DNA of 64,000 nt. Source: Candidatus Omnitrophota bacterium. Lineage in GTDB: Bacteria > Omnitrophota > Gorgyraeia > Gygaellales > Profunditerraquicolaceae. The notes beneath the pieces were generated by a model, which searched no databases, was not told the origin of the DNA, and worked only from the letters and a program-made list of their open reading frames with translations. The stretch covers positions 14,619-78,618 of the forward strand of contig JAQTQG010000003.1 in the NCBI GenBank assembly GCA_028712375.1, read 5' to 3'. A program made the translations under genes and the position numbers. Positions 45,795 through 56,865 of the stretch are shown piece by piece; position 1 is the first letter of the stretch; every line of letters starts with the position of its first letter.

Positions 45795-47261
45795 TTACTG
45801 TCCGAATACTTCTTTAAGAATTACATCTGCGGCGTGCTGCGCCAGCAGCTGATTGCCCTTGTCCGTGCAATGCCCGAAATCTCCGGCAAAACTGTCCTTA
45901 AATAACGCCGCATAACCGTTACCATGTAAAGCATCTTTAAACACCTTCTCATTATCAATAAAAAGAATCCCCTCGCAATCCGGAAAAATATCTTTTAACG
46001 GTTTTACACTGCGCACAGGGTATTGCATACAAGCCAGCTTTATGCCTCTTTTATCTAAAACACTCCTGAGCTTTAAATAATTACTTCTGGTGGTGGGATT
46101 ATAATACTGCATTCTTAACCTGTTCGATTCCTTATAATACCGGTCTGCAAATTTGCCTTCTCCGGACTGGCTGTAAAAAGCCCCCAGCATACCATACAAA
46201 TAATCGCTCTTTAAACCTTTATCCAAATACTTATTCAATAAATTTTCTATTTCGGAGTATTTACCCTGGCAGCGATAAACTAGGATTAACTCTGCAACTA
46301 TCTGCAGGTCATCCGGATTTATTTTCAAAGCCTTATTAAATAAATCTTCGGCTAAAGAGTACTTCTGCCTGAGACGGTAACCAATTGCCATCCAATAATA
46401 TGCGTCTGCGTTTGAAGGGTTTACCTTGATGGCTTCCTTAAAAAAATCCTCTGACTGCGAAAAATATTTATAATCCCAATATAATTTTATAAGAAGCCCG
46501 TAAGCGGCATTATTCCGGGGATTAATCGCAATAGCTTTTTTAAATGAAGATTCGGCATCCGCAAATCTACCGGCTATCGAATATAGTTCCGCATCCTCAA
46601 CATACTCTTCATCATTTTTTAAGCCGAGACCGGGGGCGTTTTCCTCGGGAATAGGGGCAGCATAAACCATATTTAAGCAGATTTTCGAAAAATAGTTCTG
46701 CTTTCTGTGAAAAGCGGCCTGGCTTGTTTTTAATTTATGCGGTTCTTTTCTCTTGAATTTATTCTGCGCATGCAGATAAATAAGCCGGGCTAATTTATAT
46801 ACCTTAAAAGACTCCAAAAAAGACAAGGCCTTGGCGCTTACCCTGTTTTCCCAAAATACACGTTCCCCCCCGTCATTTATTCCCATCATAGCAATAACCA
46901 TTTGCGGTTTATATTTATCCAGGTTTGCTTCTAATTTTGAAACTATAGTTTTCGTATTAAAACCTGCCGCACCATCATCGATAACACTAAATTTAATTCC
47001 AATATTGCTCCGGTTCAAGGCTTCTTCCAGAAAACGGGGGTATTGCCCGCCGGTAGTAGATTCCCCCAGGCAAAGAATACGGTAGGTACCTTTTTGTTTG
47101 ATTGATTGCAGATTCCGGTATTCCTGTATAGACGACAGGATGGCTCCGCCCAAACGCAGGCCGGCTTCCAGGGCCAAGATAAACAAAAACAGCCCGAATA
47201 ATATCAGGGCTATTTTTTGTTTAAGCGGGATCTTAAAAAGTAAGGGCTTACTTGCTGCCAT
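45795..47261 (-). CDS. membrane-anchored SGNH/GDSL-type hydrolase with inserted TPR array (paralog 1)
   Basis: N-terminal TM helix. Block I ILCLGESTTGG (Ser nucleophile), block II DDGAAG, block III MMGINDGG, then TPR units. C-terminal block V GDFGHCT (DxxH). Confidence 0.6.
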   Translation of the reverse strand: MAASKPLLFKIPLKQKIALILFGLFLFILALEAGLRLGGAILSSIQEYRNLQSIKQKGTYRILCLGESTTGGQYPRFLEEALNRSNIGIKFSVIDDGAAGFNTKTIVSKLEANLDKYKPQMVIAMMGINDGGERVFWENRVSAKALSFLESFKVYKLARLIYLHAQNKFKRKEPHKLKTSQAAFHRKQNYFSKICLNMVYAAPIPEENAPGLGLKNDEEYVEDAELYSIAGRFADAESSFKKAIAINPRNNAAYGLLIKLYWDYKYFSQSEDFFKEAIKVNPSNADAYYWMAIGYRLRQKYSLAEDLFNKALKINPDDLQIVAELILVYRCQGKYSEIENLLNKYLDKGLKSDYLYGMLGAFYSQSGEGKFADRYYKESNRLRMQYYNPTTRSNYLKLRSVLDKRGIKLACMQYPVRSVKPLKDIFPDCEGILFIDNEKVFKDALHGNGYAALFKDSFAGDFGHCTDKGNQLLAQHAADVILKEVFGQ

Positions 47262-47292
47262 ATGATTAAAAACTCAAATGCAACTTATTTAA

Positions 47293-48882
47293 TTAATTTG
47301 GTAATTTATTAAATACTTCCTCCAAGATGGCATCTGCAATATTCTGCGCTAAAAGCTTATTGCCTTTTTCCGTGCAATGGCCGAAATCTCCGGCAAACAT
47401 ATCGCTAAAATATTCATTAGAATCCGCTTTTCTCAATGCTTCTTGAAATATTTTTTCATTATCGACAAAAATAATATTATCATCTTTTTCAAATATTTTC
47501 TTTAGAGGTTCCACGCTGCGCATAGGATACTGCACACACACCAGCCTTATTCCTTTTTTATGTAATATATTTTTTAACCTGCGGTAATTTCTCACGGTAG
47601 CCGGATTATAATATTCTAGCCGCAGCCTATTTGCTTTTTGAGCATATTCTTTTGCCAATTGCGGCCGTCCGGTATTTTTATACAATAAACAGATTGCGCC
47701 GTAAGCTTTATCGTTTTGGGGGTTTAACGCTAGGGCTTTTTGGAATGCCTCTTCGGCCAGCGAAAATTCACCCTGGCTTTGATAAAGCCAGCCCAATTCC
47801 ACATAAACACCCCCGTTTTTAGGATTTATCTGTATAGATTTATTAAAAGCCTCCCTAGCCAAAGAAAATTTATTTTGCAGCCGATAAATCCACCCCAAGC
47901 CGAAATAGGCATTATCGTTTTGGGGGTTTAACGCTAGGGCTTTTTGGAATGCCTCCTCGGACAGCGAAAATTCACCCTGGCTTTGATAAAGCCAGCCTAA
48001 TTCAGTATGCGCATTATCGTTTTGGGAGTTTAACGCTAGGGCTTTTTGGAATGCCTCTTCGGCAACGGACAGCCTATTTTGATGCAGATAAATCCACCCT
48101 AACCCAAAATATGCCTTATCGTTTTGAGGGTTTAGCGCTAGGGCTTTTTGGAATGCCTCTTCGGCAACGGGTAATTCTCCCCGATCCCGATAAAACATTC
48201 CCATTTCAATATAAACCTTATCATTTTGGGGGTTTAGCGCTAGGGCTTTTTGGAATGCCTCTTCGGTTGAAACAACCTCGGCATAAGCTTCTTTTAATCT
48301 TATTCCCTGGAAATGAACTTGAATTGGCCCGGCTCTATTTTTATTATCATTAGATTTTCCACTCCGCATTTCCTGAGCCTTAGCCAAAATATGATGCCAA
48401 AGCAAGCTGGCTAATTTATAAGTTTTAAACGATCTAATAAAAGACCCTGCTTTGTAAGTATTTTTTACTCCAAAACAAACAAGCTCCCCCCAATCATTAA
48501 CCCCCATCATTACCGTGACCATGCTTGGATTATACTCAAAAATATAGGATTCGACCTTACTTAATATTGCCGATGTGTTTGTGCCCCCCACGCCTTTATC
48601 AATTACGCTAAAGTGTATTCCAATATTGCTCCGGTTCAAGGCTTCTTCCAGAAAACGGGGGTATTGCCCGCCGGTAGTAGATTCCCCCAGGCAAAGAATA
48701 CGGTAGGTACCTTTTTGTTTGATTGATTGCAGATTCCGGTATTCCTGTATAGACGACAGGATGGCTCCGCCCAAACGCAGGCCGGCTTCCAGGGCCAAGA
48801 TAAACAAAAACAGCCCGAATAATATCAGGGCTATTTTTTGTTTAAGCGGGATCCCGGGGTAAAAAGATTGATCTTTCTGCAT
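47293..48882 (-). CDS. membrane-anchored SGNH/GDSL-type hydrolase with inserted TPR array (paralog 2)
   Basis: First 79 aa identical to paralog 1. GVNDWG block III. Eight-plus near-identical TPR units. C-terminal GDFGHCTEKGN. Confidence 0.6.
   Translation of the reverse strand: MQKDQSFYPGIPLKQKIALILFGLFLFILALEAGLRLGGAILSSIQEYRNLQSIKQKGTYRILCLGESTTGGQYPRFLEEALNRSNIGIHFSVIDKGVGGTNTSAILSKVESYIFEYNPSMVTVMMGVNDWGELVCFGVKNTYKAGSFIRSFKTYKLASLLWHHILAKAQEMRSGKSNDNKNRAGPIQVHFQGIRLKEAYAEVVSTEEAFQKALALNPQNDKVYIEMGMFYRDRGELPVAEEAFQKALALNPQNDKAYFGLGWIYLHQNRLSVAEEAFQKALALNSQNDNAHTELGWLYQSQGEFSLSEEAFQKALALNPQNDNAYFGLGWIYRLQNKFSLAREAFNKSIQINPKNGGVYVELGWLYQSQGEFSLAEEAFQKALALNPQNDKAYGAICLLYKNTGRPQLAKEYAQKANRLRLEYYNPATVRNYRRLKNILHKKGIRLVCVQYPMRSVEPLKKIFEKDDNIIFVDNEKIFQEALRKADSNEYFSDMFAGDFGHCTEKGNKLLAQNIADAILEEVFNKLPN
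47690..48300. repeat. near-identical ~102-105-bp tandem DNA repeats encoding TPR units
   Basis: GGGCTTTTTGGAATGCCTC(T/C)TCGG recurs at ~47725, 47935, 48040, 48135 and 48243, with conserved flanks. Confidence 0.7.
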
Positions 48883-49030
48883 AACTTAATTTAGCTATTC
48901 CGCTTATTATACAATTATAAGCAATTTAGCAGGCGGAAAGATGTAACAACAGGGGCAATCAAGAAGTTTTAATCGGAATAAATAAAACTTGGTTTTAGAG
49001 AATAGTTAAGCCCGCATAACTGAATAAACT

Positions 49031-49495
49031 TTATGCTCCGGAAAATTTTCCCAGAATAATTAAAGTAAAAACCATCACAAAAAGCGCCACGGTTTCGATA
49101 ATACCTAAAACTGCCAAATAGTTTCCGAACCCTTTACCGGTTTCCCCCATCGCGTCGCAGGCGCAAGCAGCGCATTTTCCCTGGTAATATGCCGAAAACC
49201 CGATCGCTAACCCGGCAAAAGCACCAACCCCCCAGAAATACTGCCCCTTGCTGGCTAATTCAAACATTTTAGTCATCACGATATTGCCGTAAATTGTCTG
49301 GGTTAAAGGCGCGCCCACCAAAGCTACCAATAAAAAAGAGGCGCTTTTATTTTGGGCAAAATTTTTCTTCCAAGCACCAACAGCCGCCATCCCGGCGACC
49401 CCTGCCCCGGCGGCAGAACCGCAAGCCGCTAGAGCCAAAACCAAAATTAATCCTAAGTCCTTAAATTGAGACACAACCCCTGTATCCATATTCAC
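49031..49495 (-). CDS. atpK: V/A-type ATPase proteolipid subunit K (c)
   Basis: 154 aa. Four TM helices, G/A-rich GAGVAGMAAVGA, and a conserved carboxylate helix. Confidence 0.8.
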   Translation of the reverse strand: MNMDTGVVSQFKDLGLILVLALAACGSAAGAGVAGMAAVGAWKKNFAQNKSASFLLVALVGAPLTQTIYGNIVMTKMFELASKGQYFWGVGAFAGLAIGFSAYYQGKCAACACDAMGETGKGFGNYLAVLGIIETVALFVMVFTLIILGKFSGA

Positions 49496-49500
49496 TCTCC

Positions 49501-51270
49501 TTATTCTTTCCGGCTAAAAGGTTTATAAGCAAAACCGTTCCAGGTAACGCCCAGATGCCCGCAAAACTCTAAAACATTAAGCCTTACTCCGTGCACCAAG
49601 ACGGACATCGGCCCTAAAATAATATTCAACATGTGCCCACAGATAACGATTACCCCGGCGGCAATTAATGTTACGAAATCGCCTTTTTTAATTACCCCAG
49701 CGGCCATGGCATTAAAAGCATCCGCGATGGCTACTCCGGCCAAACCTACAGCAAAAAGACGGATATAAGAAACTACGTCTGTAAAATTATTTACCAGGCT
49801 TAAAGCAATCGTCCCTAGCCCCGATCCGATGGTTTTGAATATATTTTTCTGCGGATTAGTGAAAAATAACACTAAAATCAGGCCCAGGACAATTAACTGG
49901 TTGCCAAACACGGGGAATGGCTCACTAAGAATCAAATTCTTGGCCAGAAAAAATACTGCCCAAATGATAGAAATCCAGCCAATTTCCGCCAAAGCCACCA
50001 GCGCCGGGGCGCGCAACAAAGCCCTCCAGCCGTGAGCTAAAGTTAAATGCAGCGCGCCGAGAAAAAAACAGAATTTCTGAACAAAAACCGCATTGGCTAA
50101 AACAGGCAGCAGCGGTTTAAACCCGGCTTTCAACAGCCACTCCTGGCCAAAAAATGTACCGGTTAACAACCCCCATATAATAGCGCAAAAGCTTAGGATG
50201 TAAAAGAGAAAAAAAACACTTCGGTCTTTAATTTTTTTACCTAATTTATTATCTAACCAAAAATTAAGCAATAAATAAACTAACCCGTATCCGGCATCTC
50301 CGATAAGTATCCCGAAAAAAAGGCTGAAAAAAACAATAAATAACGGGCTAATGTCAAGTTCATGATACCCCGGAACAAGCTCCAGGAGTTTTAACAACGG
50401 CTTGATAAATGAAATCCAGGCCGGATTCCGCAATAATGTAGGGACTTCATCTTCCTCTTGCGGGGCAACAGTTAAAATTCCCCAGCCTTTTTGCTTAGAC
50501 TGCGCGATCAATAGTTGCTCCGCATCAGCCGGAGCATACCCTTTGACATATACCAATTGTCCTGCCTGACCCATCCCCTGCAATGTTTCAAAAAAGTTTT
50601 TTTGATAAGTTAAAACTTCTTTTTCGGCAACCAGTTGGCCATGACAACCAAGATATTTAATCAACTGGTTTTTTAAACTTATACTTATGCCCGCATCTTC
50701 CGTCAACCTTTGGCGCATTTGAGATAAAGACATTTTGGGTAATTCCAACTCTTTGAAATTAAGCTGCTGGTTATCCCGGGAAAAAACTATGCAGTTATCG
50801 ATTCCTCCTTCTGAAAATATCTTTCTTACTACAACATCCTGCCCGATTTCTTTTAACTGTTCCCGGGGGATCTGATAAAGCCGGGCAGAAATATTGTTCT
50901 GAGCCAATTGCCTTATTTCTTGAGGATCAAAATCTCCCCAGAGGCTCCACTGATCGATCCAGGCATGTAAGGTAACCGCGTACTCCTTAAGTTGCTCTAA
51001 TCTTTTCTGTAAATCAACAATGTGGCGGCAAGCAACAATTAGATCTTTAGGCCGCACGGAATCAGGAACAACTCCCTGATCAATGGAAGATAAAATTAAA
51101 ATGGCCTGCTCAAACAAAGATATTTGTTCGTTGAGCGTATTAATCTGTTCTCCGCTGGGAGGATTTTGATGCTCAACATGCAATAACCCTAAAGAAGCCA
51201 AATCCTCCAAAGCAGACTGGGCATGCTCTTTTTGCAGTAAGAGAAAAACTTTTCTCATTTGAACAATCAT
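49501..51270 (-). CDS. atpI: V/A-type ATPase subunit I (a)
   Basis: 589 aa. Soluble N-terminal half plus about 7 TM helices, with a conserved R in a C-terminal helix (HGVRLNVLEF). Operon position between D and K. Confidence 0.75.
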   Translation of the reverse strand: MIVQMRKVFLLLQKEHAQSALEDLASLGLLHVEHQNPPSGEQINTLNEQISLFEQAILILSSIDQGVVPDSVRPKDLIVACRHIVDLQKRLEQLKEYAVTLHAWIDQWSLWGDFDPQEIRQLAQNNISARLYQIPREQLKEIGQDVVVRKIFSEGGIDNCIVFSRDNQQLNFKELELPKMSLSQMRQRLTEDAGISISLKNQLIKYLGCHGQLVAEKEVLTYQKNFFETLQGMGQAGQLVYVKGYAPADAEQLLIAQSKQKGWGILTVAPQEEDEVPTLLRNPAWISFIKPLLKLLELVPGYHELDISPLFIVFFSLFFGILIGDAGYGLVYLLLNFWLDNKLGKKIKDRSVFFLFYILSFCAIIWGLLTGTFFGQEWLLKAGFKPLLPVLANAVFVQKFCFFLGALHLTLAHGWRALLRAPALVALAEIGWISIIWAVFFLAKNLILSEPFPVFGNQLIVLGLILVLFFTNPQKNIFKTIGSGLGTIALSLVNNFTDVVSYIRLFAVGLAGVAIADAFNAMAAGVIKKGDFVTLIAAGVIVICGHMLNIILGPMSVLVHGVRLNVLEFCGHLGVTWNGFAYKPFSRKE

Positions 51271-51884
51271 GCTGCTGCCTCTTCTAAAATTAGTTCCTCG
51301 ATTTTTCTTTTGGCAATTTTACTGCGCCCCACCGCATTAGCCATTTGATCACCGATATAAATCTTAATTAACCGGATATTTTCCTGTGCCTGCGGAATCT
51401 TCACTTTTTCAAAAAGATTTACTCTTTGCGTAGTAACCCGCAGTTCCTGGCGCAAAATATCTATGCCCTCCTGGCGCAGAGAAATCTCTTTTTTTAATAC
51501 AATTACTTCTCTGAGCGCCTGGATCGCCGCATCTATCCATAAAGGCGTCAAGAATAAATCATAATCTTTCTCTATAAACTCCAGTCCGTCAAACACGGGG
51601 ATATCCACACCGGCGATATTTTTCTGATGGGTAATTGTTTTGGCGGGCTGAATAAACGGCCGGATATCCGCCTGCGGCTCCGCTAATAAACCAGCCCATA
51701 AATAGGCGGCCTGCCTTTTTTTAATTGCAGTTTGTTGCAGGTCTTGGAGAAAGGTATGCTGCTGCAAAATCTCAAGCTGAAGCTGTTGTTTCTTTAATTG
51801 TAAGGTGGGTAGATAACGTTGAAATTGCTTTAAAGCATCCCGCTGCCTTTTTAATTCACCCTTAGTAAGCTTAATTTTAGCCAT
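51267..51884 (-). CDS. atpD: V/A-type ATPase subunit D
   Basis: MAKIKLTKGELKRQRDALKQFQRYLPTLQLKKQQL is a canonical subunit D N-terminus. Confidence 0.85.
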   Translation of the reverse strand: MAKIKLTKGELKRQRDALKQFQRYLPTLQLKKQQLQLEILQQHTFLQDLQQTAIKKRQAAYLWAGLLAEPQADIRPFIQPAKTITHQKNIAGVDIPVFDGLEFIEKDYDLFLTPLWIDAAIQALREVIVLKKEISLRQEGIDILRQELRVTTQRVNLFEKVKIPQAQENIRLIKIYIGDQMANAVGRSKIAKRKIEELILEEAAA

Positions 51885-51924
51885 AACATTTACAATAATA
51901 ACTTCTATTTAGTTTACAGACTGC

Positions 51925-53223
51925 TTACTGATTTTTCGGCCAAAACTTCTGAATAATAGAAAGTTTGATCCCTGTCTCTTCGGGGGTAAAACAATTCGCT
52001 AAAATCTGCCAACCCAAATCCAGGGCTTTTTCCAGGGGAATATTTACTTTAAGCGACATCATATTTTCTTCAAACAGTAGACCATACTTAAGTAATTTCT
52101 CATCCCAGGGGCTCATTTGAAATCCCATGGATTGTTTTTCCAGGGTTTCGCGGTAACTGGCGAAAAGTTGGATCATCGTATCCATAATTGTACGGTGATC
52201 AGGCCGGGTTTGGCCGTTGACCTGCTGTTTTAAACGGCTTAAAGACCCAAAAGGCTCAATCACCCCGCCTTTTAAATAAAATTGGCCTTCAGTAATGTAG
52301 CCGGTATTATCCGGGACAGGATGTGTTACATCGTCTCCGGGCATAGTTGTAGCCGAAAGAATGGTAATGGATCCGGCACCTTCAAAATCCACCGCCTTTT
52401 CATACCGGGCAGCCAGCTGGCTGTACAGATCGCCCGGATACCCGCGGTTAGAAGGAACCTGTTCCATAGTAATAGCTATCTCTTTTAAAGAATCCGCAAA
52501 ATTAGTCATATCCGTCAACAAAACTAATACTCGCTTGCCTTTCAAGGCAAAATCTTCGGCTACCGCCAGGCTGATGTCTGGCACTAATAAACATTCTACG
52601 GTAGGATCCGAAGCGGTGTGGATAAAGAATACACAGCGGGAAAGCGCCCCGTGCGCATTTAATGTCTCCCGAAAAAAAAGATAGTCATCATGTTTTAACC
52701 CCATACCACCGACGATGATTATATCCACTTCCGCCTGAATAGCAATGCGCGCCAGAAGTTCATTGTAAGGCTCCCCGGCAATGGAAAAAACCGGTAGCTT
52801 CTGCGATTCCACCAATGAATTAAAAACATCAATCATCGGAATACCGGTACGGATAATTTTATTTGGAACAATCCTTTTTACCGGATTTACCGAAGGAGCG
52901 CCAATATCAATAAACCCTTCGGTAAGCAGGGGGCCGCGGTCCAAAGGCACCCCACTGCCATTAAAGATACGCCCCAACAGGTTTTCTCCGGTAGCAATCC
53001 GCATAGGATGCCCTAAAAACCTCACCTTATCATTTGTAGTAATCCCGCGGGTCCCGGCAAAAACCTGTAAAGATATCTTCTTAGAATCAATGCGGATTAC
53101 CTGAGCCAAAGATACGCCGCGGCGGGTAGTTATCTGGGCGATATCTAAATAACCTACCCCTTCGGCTTCCACCGTAATTACGTCCCCGGCGATTTGAATA
53201 ATGTTCGTATAGGCCTTTTGCAT
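51925..53223 (-). CDS. atpB: V/A-type ATPase subunit B
   Basis: 432 aa. RuvB-fold nucleotide-binding region without a canonical P-loop, homologous throughout to V1 B subunits. Confidence 0.85.
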   Translation of the reverse strand: MQKAYTNIIQIAGDVITVEAEGVGYLDIAQITTRRGVSLAQVIRIDSKKISLQVFAGTRGITTNDKVRFLGHPMRIATGENLLGRIFNGSGVPLDRGPLLTEGFIDIGAPSVNPVKRIVPNKIIRTGIPMIDVFNSLVESQKLPVFSIAGEPYNELLARIAIQAEVDIIIVGGMGLKHDDYLFFRETLNAHGALSRCVFFIHTASDPTVECLLVPDISLAVAEDFALKGKRVLVLLTDMTNFADSLKEIAITMEQVPSNRGYPGDLYSQLAARYEKAVDFEGAGSITILSATTMPGDDVTHPVPDNTGYITEGQFYLKGGVIEPFGSLSRLKQQVNGQTRPDHRTIMDTMIQLFASYRETLEKQSMGFQMSPWDEKLLKYGLLFEENMMSLKVNIPLEKALDLGWQILANCFTPEETGIKLSIIQKFWPKNQ

Positions 53224-53224
53224 T

Positions 53225-54967
53225 TTATTTGCTTTCCTTTATCTCTTTTGCGGATAAAAACATTTTAATTTCGGCTTCAGAATTCTTAAACTCCGGGCTG
53301 TTATATTCCATAGAATTCCAAGTACGCATAAGCTGGCGCAACCCCTGAAAAAAGTGTAAAGCGGCGGCCTTATCTGCCAGATTATATTTTGTATCCAGCA
53401 TTAAACCAATAAATTCCAATAGATAGAGCTGTCTTTCTTTAGAAGTCGCTTCATCCACAATATCAAAAGCATTCTGCTGTAAATAAACAAAATCAAAAAA
53501 CTCACCCTTAAGATATTCGATATAGTCTTTGAGCGAAGTCCCCTCTTCACCGATGACTTTCATCATTTGGGCAATTTCGTTGCTGCGGACTAAAATAGCA
53601 TGGCATTTTTCTTTAACCTCGGGATTAACAAATCCAGCGTATTTACTCCAGCTGATTAATGGATCAATTGCCGGGTATTTTCTGGCATCGGAACGTTCAC
53701 GCGAAAGGCCGTGAAAAGCACCCACAACTTTCAAAGTCGCCTGAGTCACCGGTTCTTCAAAGTTTCCTCCGGCCGGACTCACCGTCCCGCCAATCGTTAC
53801 TGAACCGGTTACGCCTGCACGCAATTTAACTACCCCGGCCCGCTCATAAAAAGAAGCAATCCGGGATTCTAAATATGCCGGGAAGGCTTCTTCGCCGGGA
53901 ATTTCTTCAAGGCGGCCGCTCATTTCGCGCATCGCCTGCGCCCAGCGGGAAGTTGAATCTGCCAATAATAAAACATTTAAACCCATCTGGCGGTAATATT
54001 CGGCAATGGTTACTGCCGTGTACACGCTGGATTCACGGGCAGCCACCGGCATCGAGCTGGTATTGCAAATAATTACCGTGCGGTCCATTAAAGGCTTCTG
54101 CGTACGCGGATCCAATAATTCAGGAAAAGTCTTTAATGTTTCCACAACTTCTCCGGCACGCTCTCCGCAGGCAGCAATAATTACAATATCTACCTCCGCG
54201 TGCCGGCTGGTTAATTGTTGTAAAACGGTTTTCCCTGCCCCGAATGGCCCGGGAATACAATAAGTTCCACCCCGGTTAATCGGAAACAGTGAATCAATCA
54301 GGCGCATTTTGGTAACCAATGGTTCAGTCGGCCTTAATTTTTCCACATAGGCACCAATCGGTATCTTTACCGGCCAAATCTGCTGCAAAAATACATTATG
54401 TAATCCGCCGTTACCATCTCTAAGCTGGGCAACTGCTTGTTTTAAATTATATTTGCCGGCGGAAGCGATACTAACCACCTCCAGGCTGCCATTAAGCATA
54501 AACGGGGCCATAATATAATGTTTAAATATTTTTTCCGGGACAAAGCCCAGCCAGCTGCCGGCTAAAACCTTATCCCCTTCCTTGACCAGGGGCGTAAAAT
54601 CCCAAAGCGCTTCATCGGGCAAAGCTTCCAGATATACACCCCGCTTAAGAAAAAATCCACACTCTTTAGCTAATGCCGGAAGGGGATTTTGCAAGCCATC
54701 AAAAATTTGCCCTAATAAACCAGGCCCCAGCTCTACGCTCAGGAGTTCATTGCTAAACTCTACAACCTCTCCCTCTTTTAAACCCTGAGTACTTTCATAA
54801 ACCTGCATCTCCGCCTGATTTTGGCGTACGCGGATAACTTCCGCTTTCAGACGCTCAACTCCGTGGACGATGTAAGCAACTTCATTTTGGATAATCTGCC
54901 CGTCAATTTGAGCAGTCACCATGTTAGCATTAACCTTAATTACTTTTCCAATTCTTAATTTTTCCAT
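53225..54967 (-). CDS. atpA: V/A-type ATPase catalytic subunit A
   Basis: 580 aa. P-loop [12 protein letters not shown], the non-homologous bulge region and a catalytic-site glutamate. Confidence 0.9.
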   Translation of the reverse strand: MEKLRIGKVIKVNANMVTAQIDGQIIQNEVAYIVHGVERLKAEVIRVRQNQAEMQVYESTQGLKEGEVVEFSNELLSVELGPGLLGQIFDGLQNPLPALAKECGFFLKRGVYLEALPDEALWDFTPLVKEGDKVLAGSWLGFVPEKIFKHYIMAPFMLNGSLEVVSIASAGKYNLKQAVAQLRDGNGGLHNVFLQQIWPVKIPIGAYVEKLRPTEPLVTKMRLIDSLFPINRGGTYCIPGPFGAGKTVLQQLTSRHAEVDIVIIAACGERAGEVVETLKTFPELLDPRTQKPLMDRTVIICNTSSMPVAARESSVYTAVTIAEYYRQMGLNVLLLADSTSRWAQAMREMSGRLEEIPGEEAFPAYLESRIASFYERAGVVKLRAGVTGSVTIGGTVSPAGGNFEEPVTQATLKVVGAFHGLSRERSDARKYPAIDPLISWSKYAGFVNPEVKEKCHAILVRSNEIAQMMKVIGEEGTSLKDYIEYLKGEFFDFVYLQQNAFDIVDEATSKERQLYLLEFIGLMLDTKYNLADKAAALHFFQGLRQLMRTWNSMEYNSPEFKNSEAEIKMFLSAKEIKESK

Positions 54968-54981
54968 AATAAATTAGTTTT

Positions 54982-55506
54982 TTAAACTACCGTATTTAAT
55001 AATAACTCTTTATCCGCACTTTGTATTTTATCCCAGCGCTCCAGAATCTTAAGTTTTAACCCGTAAACTAACAAATACTCAAAATCAAAATAGTGGCCAA
55101 GAATTAGGCCGTCTAAAAAATTCCATCTGGCCTGATCCAAAATTTTCTCCGATTCCAGGATGGAAACGCTGCGGTAAGCAGCCATCGCTACATGCACAAT
55201 CTGTGCCTGCGGCGAATCCGGAAGGCGCAGGAATTTTGATGGATCGATTTTTTTACGGCTGGCCCTGGCGCGTACCAATTCATTCCTCAGGGTTACCTCA
55301 AAATCAGCCCATTGTTTTAAACTACTGCTGCTGTGGCCGCCCAAAGAATAGCTTTCCTGATCAACGGCTGCATACAATATTTCAAAATCATTCTCTGGTA
55401 TTAAATTTTTGCATTTAGCAAAAAAATCCTTCAGGCTAAATGGCGGCCGGGAAAAAATATTCAATCCCGGCAAACTAGAAATTAAATACGTATAATAAGC
55501 AGCCAT
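54982..55506 (-). CDS. hypothetical protein within V-ATPase operon (possible degenerate C-subunit/DUF2764-like)
   Basis: 174 aa, between E and A. No motif recognised. Only position supports the call. Confidence 0.3.
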   Translation of the reverse strand: MAAYYTYLISSLPGLNIFSRPPFSLKDFFAKCKNLIPENDFEILYAAVDQESYSLGGHSSSSLKQWADFEVTLRNELVRARASRKKIDPSKFLRLPDSPQAQIVHVAMAAYRSVSILESEKILDQARWNFLDGLILGHYFDFEYLLVYGLKLKILERWDKIQSADKELLLNTVV

Positions 55507-56118
55507 TTATTCGGATTTTAAAACTCCTTCAAGTTCCGGCCGCAGGCAGCTCAAGATATACTCGCTTAAAGACTGGCTGCTAAAATCAAAAATAGATTTT
55601 CCGGCATCGAAACTAATAATAAACCCGCTAGCAATTCCATCTGCGGACTTTAAAACAACTGTTTTCTTTGTTTGTTCGGCCAATTGTTTTAAGAACCCCT
55701 GCCCGAGCCTATCTTTATCCTCCTGCTTTAAAAACACGATAACCTGCGAACCCAAAGAAAGCGGAGCATTTTTTATTAATGCCGCAATAATTCCCGATAG
55801 CTCCTCTGCAGTCAAAGCCTGCCGCAGATCCAATTTAATCAGCCGGTCCAACATCGCAAGAATTTCCTGCCTAAGGCTAATTAACAGATCCCTGCCTGCC
55901 TGTTTTAGCGCTGCCCGGGTAGAATCGTTGGTTTTTTTTGCCTGGCTGTCTGCCTGTTCAATAATTTTTTGGGCTTGAATTTTTGCTTCTGAAATTATTT
56001 TCATTGCCGCATGTTCGGCTTCTGTTTTTATCTGTGCTGCTTGCGCTTGAGCAGCATCTACGCCTTCCTGTTGAATTTTAGCAATTAAATCCTTAATCTC
56101 CTGAGCCATATGAAACAC
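55507..56118 (-). CDS. atpE: V/A-type ATPase subunit E
   Basis: 203 aa. Long N-terminal A/Q/K/E-rich helix plus C-terminal globular domain, as in subunit E. Confidence 0.7.
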   Translation of the reverse strand: MFHMAQEIKDLIAKIQQEGVDAAQAQAAQIKTEAEHAAMKIISEAKIQAQKIIEQADSQAKKTNDSTRAALKQAGRDLLISLRQEILAMLDRLIKLDLRQALTAEELSGIIAALIKNAPLSLGSQVIVFLKQEDKDRLGQGFLKQLAEQTKKTVVLKSADGIASGFIISFDAGKSIFDFSSQSLSEYILSCLRPELEGVLKSE

Positions 56119-56169
56119 CCCCTAAAATTCTTATTTAGTAATGCCCCCGTCAGGCAGGTTGTTGTGTAA

Positions 56170-56865
56170 TTATCTGCGAAAACGGGATAGTTCTCCTAAC
56201 AGTTCTTCTGCCTGCAGCAGCGGGTCAACCGCCTTTAAAATCGGCCGCCCGATCACTAAAAAATCACTTCCGGCCTTAATCGCCTGGCTAACCGTAGCGA
56301 CTCTTTTCTGGTCGTCTTTACTGGATTTGACCGGGCGGATACCCGGAGTAATGATAAAAAAACTATTCTTTATTTTACGCCGCAAAACTACTGCTTCGTG
56401 CACCGAACAAACCACTCCGTCTAGCCCGCAGGAAATCCCTTGTTTTGCTAAATTGAGAACTTCTTGGGGCTTGGCCTTACAACTGGTCAGAACAGTCACT
56501 CCGATCAATAAAGGCCGGGGAATATGCAGCATCTCAGACTGCCGGGCTGCCGACTCTACCGCCGCTTTTAACATTTCCGGGCCTCCGGAAATATGCAAAG
56601 TAAGTATTTTTACTTTCAGCTTTACCGCTGCGGCTACTGCATTGGCTACGGTATTGGGAATATCAAAATATTTAAGATCTAAAAATATTTCTGCGCCTTT
56701 TGCATGTAATAGCTCAATAATCTTAGGGCCATAAGCAGTAAACAAATGGCTTCCCACCTTAAAGATTTTTATTTTGGGATAAAGTTTATCTACAAAAATT
56801 CCGGCCTCTTCTATTGTATCCACATCCAAAGCCAATATAAATTCGGGGTTGCTTAATCTTTGCAT
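56170..56865 (-). CDS. pyrF: orotidine 5'-phosphate decarboxylase
   Basis: FILALDVD...KIFKVG and the DLKYFDIPNTV (DxKxxD) catalytic motif. Confidence 0.85.
   Translation of the reverse strand: MQRLSNPEFILALDVDTIEEAGIFVDKLYPKIKIFKVGSHLFTAYGPKIIELLHAKGAEIFLDLKYFDIPNTVANAVAAAVKLKVKILTLHISGGPEMLKAAVESAARQSEMLHIPRPLLIGVTVLTSCKAKPQEVLNLAKQGISCGLDGVVCSVHEAVVLRRKIKNSFFIITPGIRPVKSSKDDQKRVATVSQAIKAGSDFLVIGRPILKAVDPLLQAEELLGELSRFRR

Noticed and set aside
47631-48353. Plus-strand ORFs with repeated GLFGMPLR peptides
   Set aside because: Antisense reading of the repeated TPR-encoding DNA units. The repetition comes from the DNA repeats, not from a real protein.
56141-56734. 197-aa plus-strand ORF across pyrF
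   Set aside because: Antisense to a conserved pyrF coding sequence. Serine/threonine-rich with no features.
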